Part shown: piece by piece, positions 23,899 through 37,189 of the stretch
Layout: every line of letters begins with the position of its first letter
Position numbering within the stretch: the stretch's first letter is position 1
Origin: Octopus vulgaris
Taxonomy: Eukaryota
DNA: 64,000 bases
Assembly (NCBI GenBank): GCA_951406725.2
Contig: OX597815.1
Coordinates: forward strand, 89,900,001-89,964,000
Direction: 5' to 3'
Notes under the pieces: model-generated
Told to the model about the DNA's origin: nothing
The model's database searches: none
Seen by the model: the letters and a program-made list of their open reading frames with translations, nothing else
Translations under genes and position numbers: made by a program

Positions 23899-24479
23899 GT
23901 GCTGCGGGTGCTGCCTCAGTTTTTACAGCTATTTTTAATTGTTTAAAAACGAAAAAAATATCTCATTCTAATGATATCCATCCTTAACAGCCAACTAAGG
24001 CAGAAATTATGACATCAAAGCCAACTGGCAGTCCTCTCACCCGCAAGACCACACGGCCCAAATGAATCAAGTACAAGCAATTGCTTCACATTTCACATGG
24101 ACAAAACGAAATCTAAAAGTCGGCCGTATATACCATCATCATCGATACATATTGAATAGCTTTACATTAGGACTGGAGCAGACAAAGTGGAAAAAGTGTT
24201 GCACTGGAGGATGGCGAGGGAAATGCGCTGGTATAGTCACTTCCGCTCCGATAGCGGTGAGCAAAGATACGATCCGGGAGTAGAATACGTCGGAAGTTTC
24301 CACTGCTACAGGCTCGACCATAAACCTGTCAGAGAATAATCAATACCTTGAGAGTTTGCTTTTGTTAGTCTGATGAGCAGGGGCACCTGTGCTGGTAAAT
24401 GAATACACTAAGTTGCTACTGGAGAAAGTGTCGCAGCATGTGAATTTCCAGTGAGGGGCCTACCACCACAGAACGGGAA

Positions 24480-25562
24480 AATTGTTACACGGTCAGGTTT
24501 TTATCGCCCCTCTCGACTAGCTGCGCTGGCTCAATCTGAGAAGCAAAACCTGCGACGTCTAGACCATGTTTTATGATTTTGTAAGTGTGGCATGGCGTAG
24601 AAGGCGGCCAGTATTATGATGGCATGACCATGAGTGGGGAGCAAAAGAATTCACAGTGAACCTACAGCGACATTCTTGAGGCACGTATATTTGAAGGCCT
24701 AACCTCAAAGGAACGCTGATGCGCAGACATTCGCTATCAAGATGAGTGCCAGTCACAGGTGATGGCACCGCATTGAGTGTCTCGGAGGCTGAGCGGAAAC
24801 AAGTTAGAACATGCTGGTCAAGTCGGCGCACTAACTCGTCTGAGATCAGGCATACATTAGATGGCGTTGCATTTCTTTTCAGAGGATATTACGTCTACAG
24901 GGGTGACAGGGGGATGATGTCAAGAAGGCGCAGACCGAGCTGGCTCCCTGTCGCATAGTTCACCTCGAGTTGCCCAATTACAGATGGTTCAGTTGTGTTG
25001 TGGAGAACCCTATTATTAAGGACACGGCAAGAGGTTGCCGATAAGAGAAAAGCCGGCAGGGTAGATGAGACCGCAGAACGGATATCGAAGGGTGAGACCA
25101 CCATATTTGATGGATAATGTCACCATCCAATGTCACCGAAACGCACGTTTCCAGGCATCGAGATGCGTGACGAAAGACACGTGGCGGCATGAAGGGACAC
25201 TACAGCATGGCGAAGCAGTTCCTTAAAAGGAACAGCACTGGGAGGGCGTCGGTCATATTCAGTCTATTCATCAATTTTCCAAACAGGCGAAGCTTAGACC
25301 TGAGAGTGGATCGACCGGGCAGACGGAACAATCAGAGAATCGATGATAAGAACGTCCTCTTTTGAGGTGTCCTGTACCCGGTGAAGTAGTGAATGTACGT
25401 CTGAGACGGAGGCCCCAAAGTCAAGTGCGTCGTAGTTGACGTTCACAACCTCCGATTTGAATGAGTTTATCTTGCGGACGATATTTTCTAGAGCGGGAAC
25501 ACTAATCTTAGATCGTGGCAGACACTCTTTACTGGTCGACCTAACGTCGCATCGTCAAGGTA
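24480..25562 (-). mobile_element. CRE-like non-LTR retrotransposon fragment (RT 3' half plus zinc knuckle)
   Basis: YLDDATLG...KINSFKSE; LNAVPSPVTGTHLDSECLRISVPLRLG...CRCRFTVNSFAPHSWSC...GRLLRHATL. Confidence 0.7.
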
Positions 25563-28500
25563 CCATCCACCCTGTATAATTAGCACCACGGTCCAAGCCA
25601 TCTCAGACAGACTTACAAAACTATCCTCTAACAGAGAAATTTTCAATAATCACGCCCAACACTACAACCAGGCTCTCTATAGTGCTGGGTATAACCAGAG
25701 AATATCATATGTAGACCACCCAGGAACGTCCGTCGGCCGTAAAACTCCCAATTATAATCGAACTCCGCACTCATGCTAACGATAATTCTAATTTAAATTA
25801 GGAAATAGGCGAACGTATAGGAAATAGGGGAACTAATAGAATAGCACACAATAGTAACCCTCCCGACGAGAACAATATAGATCCTATTAGGAGAAATAGA
25901 AGCGATAATAGTAGATTACGCAAATATATATGGTTCAACATACCATACAACGTAGCAGTTAGAGGTAAATTATGTAAGAGAATATTCTCTATCATTTCCA
26001 ACAACTTCCCACCCACCCATAAGTATAGAAGTATCTTCTCCAACAAAACTATTAGGATTTCCTACTCTACCCTGCCCAACATGAGCTGTCTCATAGCTAA
26101 ACATAACTATATTAATATTAGAACAGCTAGATCAAGAGCAAGCTATAGCGACCAACCGAACACCCCTCATCCAGACAGTAGACAATATAATCAGACTGGC
26201 AGCCATATTACCCAAACAGTTAGTAATAACACCCGCCAACACAACAGAGGCAATACCACACCCATCAACAACCAGGAGGACACCAACGCCCCCACACGTA
26301 ATGCAACACCTCCGCCTGGGATTAACAGCACACGACCGAGTAATGCAATGCACTGCAACTGCATATGTGCATCCAAGTGTCCGCTACGGGGCGCATGTAG
26401 GGCGAAAAACGTAATATATTCATGTGAGGTAAGTACCCAGTTTAACACACTCACCTACATAGGTTGCTCAACCTCCTGGAAATCCAGATACTACAACCAC
26501 CGGTCCTCGCTGAAACACAGACATGAAGCTAACAGCACCTCTCTTTCTAAAAAAAATTTGGGAATTAAAAGACAAATGCATAGGTTTCAAACTCAGGTGG
26601 TCCATCATCGGATCAGCTGCACCTTATTTAAATAATAGAGCAGGATGCCAACTATGTTGTGTAGAACTCCTGAATATCTTGAAATTCAAAGACAAACACA
26701 ATCTTATTAACAAAAGGTCAGAGTTCAAACCTTCCTGTATACACAAACTTATTAATACTTTCAAATACTACAAAGCTTAGGCTATTATACCAACTCCCCC
26801 ATGCAATTTCCTCCCACCCGGTGCAACCTGTCGGCTCCAACGCATCCCGCTTTCCTATATGTGCGTGTATGTGTGTATATATATATGTATATATGTATAT
26901 ACATATGTGTGTACGTATATGTATGTATATATATATGTGCGTGTGTGTGTGTGTATGTGCATATATATTTCCCTGCATTTTCCTCCTATATATACACATT
27001 TTGTCTCCCATATATGTTTTTTTTTCCCTATATATTTCTTCTCCTACACCTACATTCTTCCTATCTAGACTCTTTATTTCCCTATACCTATACCTTTTCA
27101 CATTTCTAACTCGGATGTTGAGCGCACACCGCCAAACTCCACTTCCCACCCTTCCAATTTTCAGTTCCCCCCGCCCGCCCCTACGTGGTCACCTTTAGCA
27201 CACACCTTTAACTTTACACTTTCAACCACCTTTTATTTTTTCCTTCATCTCATGTTAAGCTTTACCCGATTATATTTTTATTTTACTTTATCCTATTCTA
27301 TTTCGCTTTACCTTTATTCTTATTTTTATTTTCATTCCTTATTTTAATTCTTATAGTTCTTATAAATATTATATTTTATTTCTAACTTTTATATTGTATT
27401 TCTTATTTTATATTGTATTTCTTACTTTTATTTCTAATTTTTATTCTTACCCTCATTCTTACCCCTAAATTATGGCTTTATATCTCTATATATGTCTATT
27501 TTTTTGCTTATCCCTTATTTACTGATCTATGGATCCGCTTTATGATTATACGTGCGTCCGTGTACGTATGTATACGTATACATATGTGTATATATGTACG
27601 AGTAAACATCTACGTCTGGATGTGCATACCCCGTTACTCCTCTTTAATAGCTTCCTTTAATAATTTTCTTTAATAATTTTTTAATAATGTTTTTTCACAT
27701 GTTTTCGCAGATTTCTTATATGCATATGTTTACACATATTTGTATACATCTTTTAATATCTTATAGCTATACCTATGCGCGCGTATGTCTCTCTGTGTGT
27801 ATGTAAGTGTATATGTACACGCACATATGGACACACAGCCGTGCGTGCGTGTACGTGTAGACGTGAGTGCGTGATTCTTTACATGCGTTCTTATATACAT
27901 CTTTTAATATCTTATATGTAAACCTGTATGTGTGGGCATCTGTGTATGTGTTTGTAAGGATGGACGTACGTATGTATATATGGGTGTGTGTATATGCGTA
28001 TGTATGTATAGGTATACATGTGCATATGTGTATGCATATGTATATATGTATATGTATATGTGTATGTGCGTGTGTGTGTATATATGTATATATATATATG
28101 TACACGTATAATGTCCGTGTATATATGCGCATATTCTGTTGTATGTATGTATATATGCGCATGTGTGTGGGTGTATATGTGTTTCTGTATATGTTTACAC
28201 GTGAGTACGTATGTATGCTTATATGCTTGGAGCTGTGTATGCGCGCGTATATGTGCGCGTGTATATGGGTGTATGTATCCATGCTGGTATGTATGTACAA
28301 GATGACCACTTAATTCAAGGAACTAGATTAACCGTTCAACAGCTCTGATTTACAATACACTAGGTCCCCAGACGCCCCGGTTGATTTATTGACACCCAAA
28401 ACTTCTACAACTAAATTCTGTCATTTTCCTGACCACCATGTTTGGTCCGTAACCACTATACATCCCTTATACTTATATATTTTTTTACATTTTTTATCAT

Positions 28501-29110
28501 TTTTATTCCTATTTTTATTTTTATTTCTATTTTAACTTTATACCTTTATATTCATTTATATTTTTTTATATTCTTTACATCCCCTTTATATCTCCTTATA
28601 TCTCTTTATATCTTTATACTCTATATTTTTATATTTTTCTATACTTACACTTTTTATATATTTTTTATCCTTCGTCCTGAATTCTCGCCCCTCCATCTTT
28701 ACCCCTATTTACTCTTATTACCAGGTCCCTTCACGTCTATATATGTATTTATTTATTAATTTATTTACATTACTTCAACATCCAAATTTTCCTCATTCTA
28801 CATTGAGAGAAGAAAGAGATGGACGCTTCAATTCTATGCTGTTGCCGCATTATGTCGTACGCAAATGAGAGGATTTGCATCCCCAACAAAGAATTTTTGA
28901 TGTAACACATGTCCTTGTGGAAGTTGTTGTGCGCGGCTGAAGAAGGCCACAGACATACATTATGCATTGTTATAAATCTGTCTAATAAAGGCCCGAAACA
29001 TATGTACCGCTGAATCCTTGGCATCATGTTTTTATTTTGATCAATTTACTCCACCACCTACACCACCAAACGGTATACACAGGTGCTTATAATTATCAAG
29101 TACTCACCCC
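25562..29110 (+). mobile_element. 5'-truncated Penelope-like element (Neptune-type): RT thumb, GIY-YIG, long low-complexity 3' region and pLTR
   Basis: HPPCII...ISDRLTKLSSNREIFNNHAQHYNQAL; RKYIWFNIPYN; ISYSTLPNM; CNC...CPLRGACRAKNVIY...YIG; IWELKD; CQLC; LINKRSE; stop at 26780; hammerhead at 28933. Linking the 3' region to the element is inference. Confidence 0.85.
28933..29010 (+). ncRNA. Type I hammerhead ribozyme with palindromic stem III and extended stem II
   Basis: gcgg-CTGAAGA-aggcc...ggccc-GAAA-catatg-TA-ccgc; complete CTGANGA/GAAA/TH core and 4-bp GC stem I. Confidence 0.8.
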
Positions 29111-29124
29111 GAATTTCTATATAT

Positions 29125-29241
<117 letters not shown>

Positions 29242-30228
29242 ATAATTCCAACATGACTTGCCTTCACATACCGCCAAGAAATTACAAATATATATACGTA
29301 GCACACCACTAACAAGTATCATAACGCTCACAATTTCAATACTACTACCCTTCGATCCCATCGAAGAAATTAAAGATTGCTGAACCCACTCACTATTCTA
29401 ACCGACAAAATCGGCCACGATTATTCACTCTCACTAGCTACAGTAATGTTTGCTGGTTTCTTCTCGCAACCAAGAAACAAGAAATTTCTGTGGAAACAAG
29501 AGCACAATATAGGAAGGGAATAAAATCTATTTTCTATAACACCGTTGCCAGCGTTACATCATATGTACAATACGGAAAATATTCTATTAACATTACCGAA
29601 TTAAAGTTGGTCTCGTAAATTACACAAGACTAAGCCTATGTCCCTACAAAATCGAATTCACTTCATATAACATGCATCACAACTTTGTACTTCAGCTAGT
29701 CTAAATTTTATTTAACGATCTCCCGAAAGAAATCAGAGACAAAAACTATCCACAACCTTCAAACAATAATTAAGCAAATATGGTCTGGACTTGGGTCAGG
29801 GTTTCTTAATGAAAGCACTCCTATCTTTATCAATTAACACAAATATACTTAATTGGAACATAGAAAAGGATCTCGAATTGCACAATTAGAAATCTGTATA
29901 TAATTTTTTTTTTTTTTTAACAAAAGAACTAACGAGTACAATGTTTTAACACACTGTATTTTGTTTAATTTAATCAACGCACAGAATAAATTAAGATAGT
30001 TATGTTAGACTGTAATAAAATGAAATTTAACGAAATGTTTAATAATATTCAATGTATCTGAGATACTTTCATTGATTGGTCACAATTTGTACATACACTA
30101 CTCACCTACATATCACTCTAAAGGTTTAAAAGCTGTAGCATTGAAATGTTCTAACAAAGTATTTAGAAACAGCAAGAAAGCATGAGCGCAATCATTCATA
30201 AGCACAAGTATACATATAGTGTGTGTGT

Positions 30229-30267
<39 letters not shown>

Positions 30268-31099
30268 CGCGCTATTATATATTTGTATTATTTAGGGTGA
30301 TTGGGCGTGCATATGCGTGTGTGTACATATATTCATCTATTTGACTTCGATCTTCTTTCACCTCAGGAATTCACGCATTTATTGTTAAGCTTTGTCGTCT
30401 CCATTGAAGATGTCTCGACTACATAAAGCTGCGCAACCAAAGAAGCAGGGACTAAATCATCAACAAAATAAATCAGTGTAGTCGCAACCAATATTTCTAC
30501 AAAGAATGTTTCTCTCTTTTATTGTTATGTCTTCTATTCATAAAAACATGGGTGTTTCAAAGAACAAGCATGACTACTATATAATCGCAATTCAGTGCAA
30601 CTATCATCATTGTGTTCTAGGCACATTCTTTGTTCATTCATCCAATCCGTCATGCCGATTCACACACATGATCATATGTAGAGATACATTGAAGCTAGCA
30701 TTAGAGAATACATATATACATATACAGCCTGACACTTTCATGATATCAGATAAAGGAAAAATAACATAATGATACAGAAACACGCAGAGAGCGAGAGTGT
30801 GAGAGAGAGAGAGAAAGGGAGAGAGAGAGAGAAAAGAAAGAGAGACAGAGAAGGGAATAATACAGTTTTATGTAATGTGAAAATAAGTGCCGCCACATAC
30901 ATACATATACGTACACATATATAAAGCTATGTAACATACATACGTACATATAAGTATGTATGTGTGTGTATAAATGCACGCACACATCAAATACATGCTT
31001 AAATATATTCAATCACGCATTTATAGTAATTGGCAAAGGTATAGAACAAAGCCTTAAATATCAGCATTACACACAAATGCGCTCATACAAAAACATACA

Positions 31100-31132
<33 letters not shown>

Positions 31133-32081
31133 CACACAGACACACACCACACACACACACATACATGCAAACACGCGCGTGTGCAGGCAGGCAGGAGTGC
31201 ATACAATTCTATAAAGTTATTTTCTGTTGTTTAAAAACCCAATGTTCGAATTAATCATAACCAGATGAAATGCTATTTTAACCATAAAAGATTGCTTTAC
31301 GTAGGCGGGAAAAATAATTTAAAAAACAAACAAAATACACTAGATGGTAGATATTAGCTCTCCAACAAATTATAAAGAAATTGATTGGGAAAGAATAGTA
31401 AAATTTTCGAACCAGTGATCCAGAAATTAGGTCACAGTATGTATGAAGTCAGTTAATGTTTGACAGTTGACAGTGAGTGATGGGAAATCATGATATCTAC
31501 AAGACTGACATGAATCGCTATTGTCAGTTGTGTGTTGACTCAACAATTCTCAGTCTGGGAGGGGAGTTTCAGTTTGAACACTCTAGGTGTCACATCGCCG
31601 AACTCAGCGTCATAGGTTGTTATTTATTGTAACAGTTCTAACTGATGTTCAGTAGAAATGTTTGCAAGTCTACGTCAACGTATCCCAAAACACGTAGTTT
31701 ATTTACTTAGGGCGCACATACACATACACACACGTGCGTGCACATACACGCACACAGACATACATTTATATGCGTATAAGTTTAGATATAGAAGTATGAT
31801 ATATGTGTGTGTATTTGCGTGTGTACGTGAGTGTTTGCATATATAATATATTCTATATATACGTACATATGTATATATGTGTATATACATACATATATAT
31901 ATATATACACATATATATACGTATATATATATATACATATATACATATACCAACATCCAACATCAATGCATACAAATACCTACACACACAGACACACACA
32001 CACACTATATATATATATATATATATGGGGGAAGGGGAAGTCAAGGTAGAAAATGCTAAAATAATTTTATAAAAAGCATTT

Positions 32082-32117
32082 CAGTACTGGTTTCAGTCAT
32101 TGAGACTTTTTTGACTG
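32082..32117 (-). ncRNA. Degenerate Type I hammerhead motif, probably U3-A8 class
   Basis: Minus strand cag-TCAAAAA-agtc-tcaat-gact-GAAA-ccag-TA-ctg; stems I and II are perfect, core is mutated. Confidence 0.55.
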
Positions 32118-32705
32118 TAAGTATGGAAAACAATTAAATTTTGGAAAAATTAAATGAAAAGAGTTTTAAAAGAATATTGCATAATATTCAAATACAAGGG
32201 GCATTTCCCTTGATTCTGCTTGTCTCTGTCTCTCTTGTTTACTCTTGTGGGTTCGAGGTCATTGGGAATTTTGGGCAGGGAAGAAGAAGAAGAAGAAGAA
32301 GAAGAAGAAGAAGAAGAAGAAGAAGAAGAATGTGGGAGTGCTATGATAGTAGTAGGAAGTTAAATGGTCAAGGGCCCTGAAAGTGATTTGTTGTGGATGG
32401 TAATAGTTCTTGAATGCTTGAGACATCTCTTTTGTATGTATTGTGTATAAAATTTGCGTAGGTGTTATTCTAAACAGCAATAGGTGCAAAGTTAGGAAGG
32501 AGGTGGCGAAGAAGACGAAGAAGGAGAAAGAGAAGGGAGAATGAGAAGGGAATGCAGCTGGTATGATAGTAGTAGAAGGTTAAATGTTCAAGTGACCGAA
32601 AAGTGGATCGTTATAGATTATAGCTGTGATTGGGACTGTTTTTTTACTGAATTATTGGGAATCTCTTTAGTGTATCATTTTTAATATTTGAACATATTTA
32701 AAATG

Positions 32706-32736
<31 letters not shown>

Positions 32737-32738
32737 GT

Positions 32739-32788
<50 letters not shown>

Positions 32789-32939
32789 CTTGAGAGGAAT
32801 ATTGGGGAATGTTATTACTCTTACAGTAAAACACCGACATGAGATAAGTTTAAAGGGTAGTAAATTAAAGCATGCAGGTATGTTACTGTGTCGAATTTCT
32901 GTTTTGTACAAAATTTTTCATTTAGCTAACATCAGAACA

Positions 32940-33725
32940 AATGCTTATAATCATTAAGCAGAATACCAACGAAACACCACCACTGGATCTTTACTGGTCA
33001 AAAACTAGGGTTCAAAACAGTCGACAAACAAAAGACCCCACCGGAAAGTCAACCAACAAGAACGCTGGGCCAAACAAAAATATTTTACAAAGATATCTGT
33101 AAAAGCGCCATTCAAAACTTTTGATTACAGACGGACAAAATAAAGTGACGTCCATAAATTTATAATTGATCTGAACTTAACCCTTTGCCGTAAAACCCGA
33201 TATATACAAAGCAAGTTTTACTTAAAGCAGTTCAAATTCTCACAAGCAAAATCTAGCGTCGAGGAATCCTTCTTCATGCACTATGACAGAAATTGTAAAA
33301 ATATTTTTTTTATCTTCCTTTTCTTCTAACTCTTTAAAAAACTTCATCGTATCTAATTGTGAATATAACTCAATATTGCTGAACTTTCCATCATGCATCA
33401 ATGTTATGAAATTCATTGAACATTTGAACTTGTATTACTGCCTATATCTGTGAAACTCATAGAATATTGGAATTTTTATGAACATTTGATCTTTTAAGCA
33501 AGTCTTTTTTTCGATATTTCACTTGTAACGTTAACCTCTCTTAAAATCTTTTTTAATTTCTTTTTTATTTACAATTGATAAATAAAAAAATGCCGAAACA
33601 GGTATTTTTATAACACTATTACAAAATTCAAAATCGACCAAATGTTTTAATACTCAAGTGCATTTTCAACCCCCAAAACAAACTCTCCTACTTTCCTTCC
33701 TGTGTGGAGATATACTTGTTTTCTC

Positions 33726-33728
<3 letters not shown>
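32940..33728 (+). mobile_element. Highly decayed PLE endonuclease 3' end with pLTR and U3-A8 hammerhead motif
   Basis: Weak GIY-YIG C-terminal-like translation (HYDRNCKNIFFIFLF); acaa-TTGATAA-...tgcc-GAAA-cagg-TA-tttt at 33571-33608; ends at (TA)n. Confidence 0.45.
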
Positions 33729-33801
<73 letters not shown>

Positions 33802-33889
33802 AATATATATATACATACATATATATGTATATATATATATATATATACATATATATACATAAATATATACATATTTATATATACGCATG

Positions 33890-33938
<49 letters not shown>

Positions 33939-33939
33939 A

Positions 33940-34830
33940 TACCAAGGGACAAACGATACGATTGTGGGACCTCCGAGACTGTGAGCACTAAGGATATAAG
34001 GGATATTGGCTGTAAGTTACGTGGGGAACCTGGGCAAAGAAGCAAAGCCATTTTCATCGCTTCCGGACTTACTTATGTACCGAAAAACGCCAAAAATGCA
34101 TCCTCGAGAGCATTGCTTCCGAATGAGAACCCCTGAAACTACCTCCTTTAACGCTTCGTCACAGGAATTTGAGGTTTCAGTGCACACAAAAATCCATAAC
34201 GTTAGACATGACTTGTGTTCTGTTCACTGACGAAGACAGGACGAACATTAATAGATCTGACATGTGGTAAAATGGTTGGATCTATTTTGGAGATGAGCGT
34301 CACCGTCGTTTGCGACGTCAACAACAAGGTGGAGGAGACATGTTGTGTGCTGGTATCATTGGGAACAGACATTTTGGCCCATTCAAAGTGCTTGAAGGGG
34401 TTAAAGGGATCGCAGCCACCTACTACAATCTCCTATCACTTCCTAGGAATCTCATATTCATGTATGACAACGCTCCCTCCTCCGCTGCTAGGACTTCTCA
34501 AACATTACTAGAGTCTTACGGCATACAAGACGAAATGTTAAAGGTGTGGACGCCAGCATCTTCGGATTTGGGTCTTTATACCGAAGGACGCCAACTTACG
34601 TTGAAAGATGTCTGATGGGTGACCATCAAAGCTGCAGCAGAGGCAAACCGACCTGTTGCTATTGAGAAATTGACAAATTCCATGACTAATAGGGTTTTTG
34701 AAGTGGCTAAATAATTCATCATGTCAATAAATAAGTGCAGACTAAATGGGGAAAGTTTTATTAAATTTGATTCACAGAAAACCGAGAAATCCTAAATTTC
34801 ACTCCTAAACTTTAAGTGTGGTTCTGGGGG
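33940..34830 (+). mobile_element. Tc1/mariner transposase remnant
   Basis: VLFTDE, RRQQQGGGDMLCAGII...GPFKVLEGVK, IFMYDNAPS and VWTPASSDL motifs of Tc1-type transposases; frameshifted. Confidence 0.8.
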
Positions 34831-34865
34831 TATATGATTTCGTATATATATATATATATATATAT

Positions 34866-35020
34866 ACGACGAGTTTCTTTCACATTTTAACCACCGACTC
34901 TACCCACAAAGTCTTGGTCGCCCCGGAGTTATTGTGGAAGTTACTTTCCCAAAGTGATACGCTTGGCACTGAGCCCAAGACCACAAATTTGGGAATGTGA
35001 AGTAAGATCCATACCACCCA
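34866..35020 (-). mobile_element. tRNA-derived SINE head, diverged
   Basis: Reverse complement resembles the 22726 SINE head. Confidence 0.5.
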
Positions 35021-35179
35021 GCAACGCCTGTACAAGCATAATACACTGAGTAAGGATAAGATAGAGGCATTGTTGAAATAGAGACACTCGGGCAGGAAGA
35101 ATGCCAGATAAATAGATAGATAAACAAACATAAATGTAGATATCTAAAGAGATATTATGTTATATGTATACAATATGAC

Positions 35180-35293
<114 letters not shown>

Positions 35294-35389
35294 CACACAC
35301 ACATATGTGCATACATGCATTTATAAATATATATATTTATATATATACATATATGTATGAGTGTGTATGTATGAATATATGCACACACA

Positions 35390-35474
<85 letters not shown>

Positions 35475-36891
35475 GATAAATAGAGCAAAACGAGTCTTAT
35501 ATTTAACAATAGTTATTATCAGTTGAAATTTAGATTCAGTTCTTTAATCTGCTGCCAAGACAGTATAATAGATAAAAAGTAAAAGGGAGGATGAATGAAG
35601 ATGAAAATGAAAACACAGAGCCTGAGCGGGTTGGCGAATGAGAGATGAAAAGGAACTGGCTTGAAAGACTGAGTGAAAGAGGGAAGAAGAAGAAGAGTGG
35701 AAGTTAGTACTTCATATCTGTTTCATATAGTATGAAATTTAAGATTATGTTTGTTTAATTTAATAAAATCACTAATAATTTTTTTTTAATATGGTTTGCC
35801 AGTTTTCTCTGGGTTGTGTTATTGTTCCACGTCCTCTTCTACCACCAATACCAAATCGAAAACGAAACCTATAGATTTGTTATTGTGATAGAACCATAGG
35901 TAATTGGGAGATAAAAATGAAGGGACAGGCAATATAAAAGATAACTATATCTGTCTTTCTGTTATAGACATGTAAATTAGCTTGCATGTGTGTATATACT
36001 TATGAGACTAAACCATATTCGAAGCTATTAGATATATTATTTACATACACGTAAATGTGTGCGTGAGTGTGCGCGCGTGTACTCGGAAATGGATGTGTGA
36101 CGTTCAATTAGATAATAATACTAAATAATATATACTGCTTACTTCATCCATCTTTCTCTAATTCCCTTTCTCTCCCTCACTTTTTCACTGTTTTCTATCT
36201 ATCTGTCTGTCTGTCTCTCTGTCTCTCTCTCCCTCTTTCTCTTTTCCTCTCTCGTTGCTTACACGTGATTACTGTTCATTTTTCTTTTCCTCACGTGACC
36301 ATCTTTCTTTTCCTGCACGGACGTTCACAGGACTAGGCATTTTTTTCTCTCCTATCTTTTCTGTTTTCAAAGAAAATATTTCTCCCAGCGTTCACTATTT
36401 CCCTCTCGTTCTGGTCTAACGACCTTCCATGTTTGTTTTTGTTCGGTTTCCTTGTATGTCTCCACTGTCCTATTTTTGTTCCTAACTTTGACCATCCATA
36501 AATCCTAATTTTTTTTTAGAATCTATGGAAGCAACTGTCTTTGAAGACTCATATAGTCGTTGAATGCCTGAAATGAGGAGTAGAGGCACAGGTGATAAAT
36601 GATGAAGGGTCATTTCTCTGTTTACTTTCCTGATTTCCATTTTTACTCGTATTGTTTACGTATTTAACACGTTGTCTACTTATTTCATGTTTACACAGTT
36701 GGTGACGCCCTGTACCCATATATGTATGTATGTATATATATATGTATAGAAATTAAATATAAAATATAAATTACAAAGTGGGACAAGAACGCAAAAACAC
36801 ACAAAGAGACGACACAAAAAAAACAGACGGGTCACTCGAAGCCTCTAATCTTCAGTCGGAACCGGATCATCTTAGCAATTTCGGCTGTTTA

Positions 36892-36948
<57 letters not shown>

Positions 36949-37189
36949 TTTTCTTTGTGTTTAATTTAAGTTCTTCAGAGATTTGAAACAGGTGACTAAC
37001 AAAGCGACAAGCGTTTTTGAGCTAAGAGAGCTCCCGGTATTCGGTTTGTGTGTTGGTTTAACTGTCGATGCAGACACCCACGTGTATGCATCTATTCATA
37101 TTAGAATCTCCGAAAGAGAATTTTTTGAACCTCTTACAAATATTCACTGTGCCACGAATAGATTGGATTTGGAGAACTCGTGTCAGTTT

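Noticed and set aside
36825-36875. Minus-strand CTGAAGA in a short insertion within a TA tract
   Set aside because: No GAAA or pairing stem I found; probably a repeat end, but not supportable as a ribozyme
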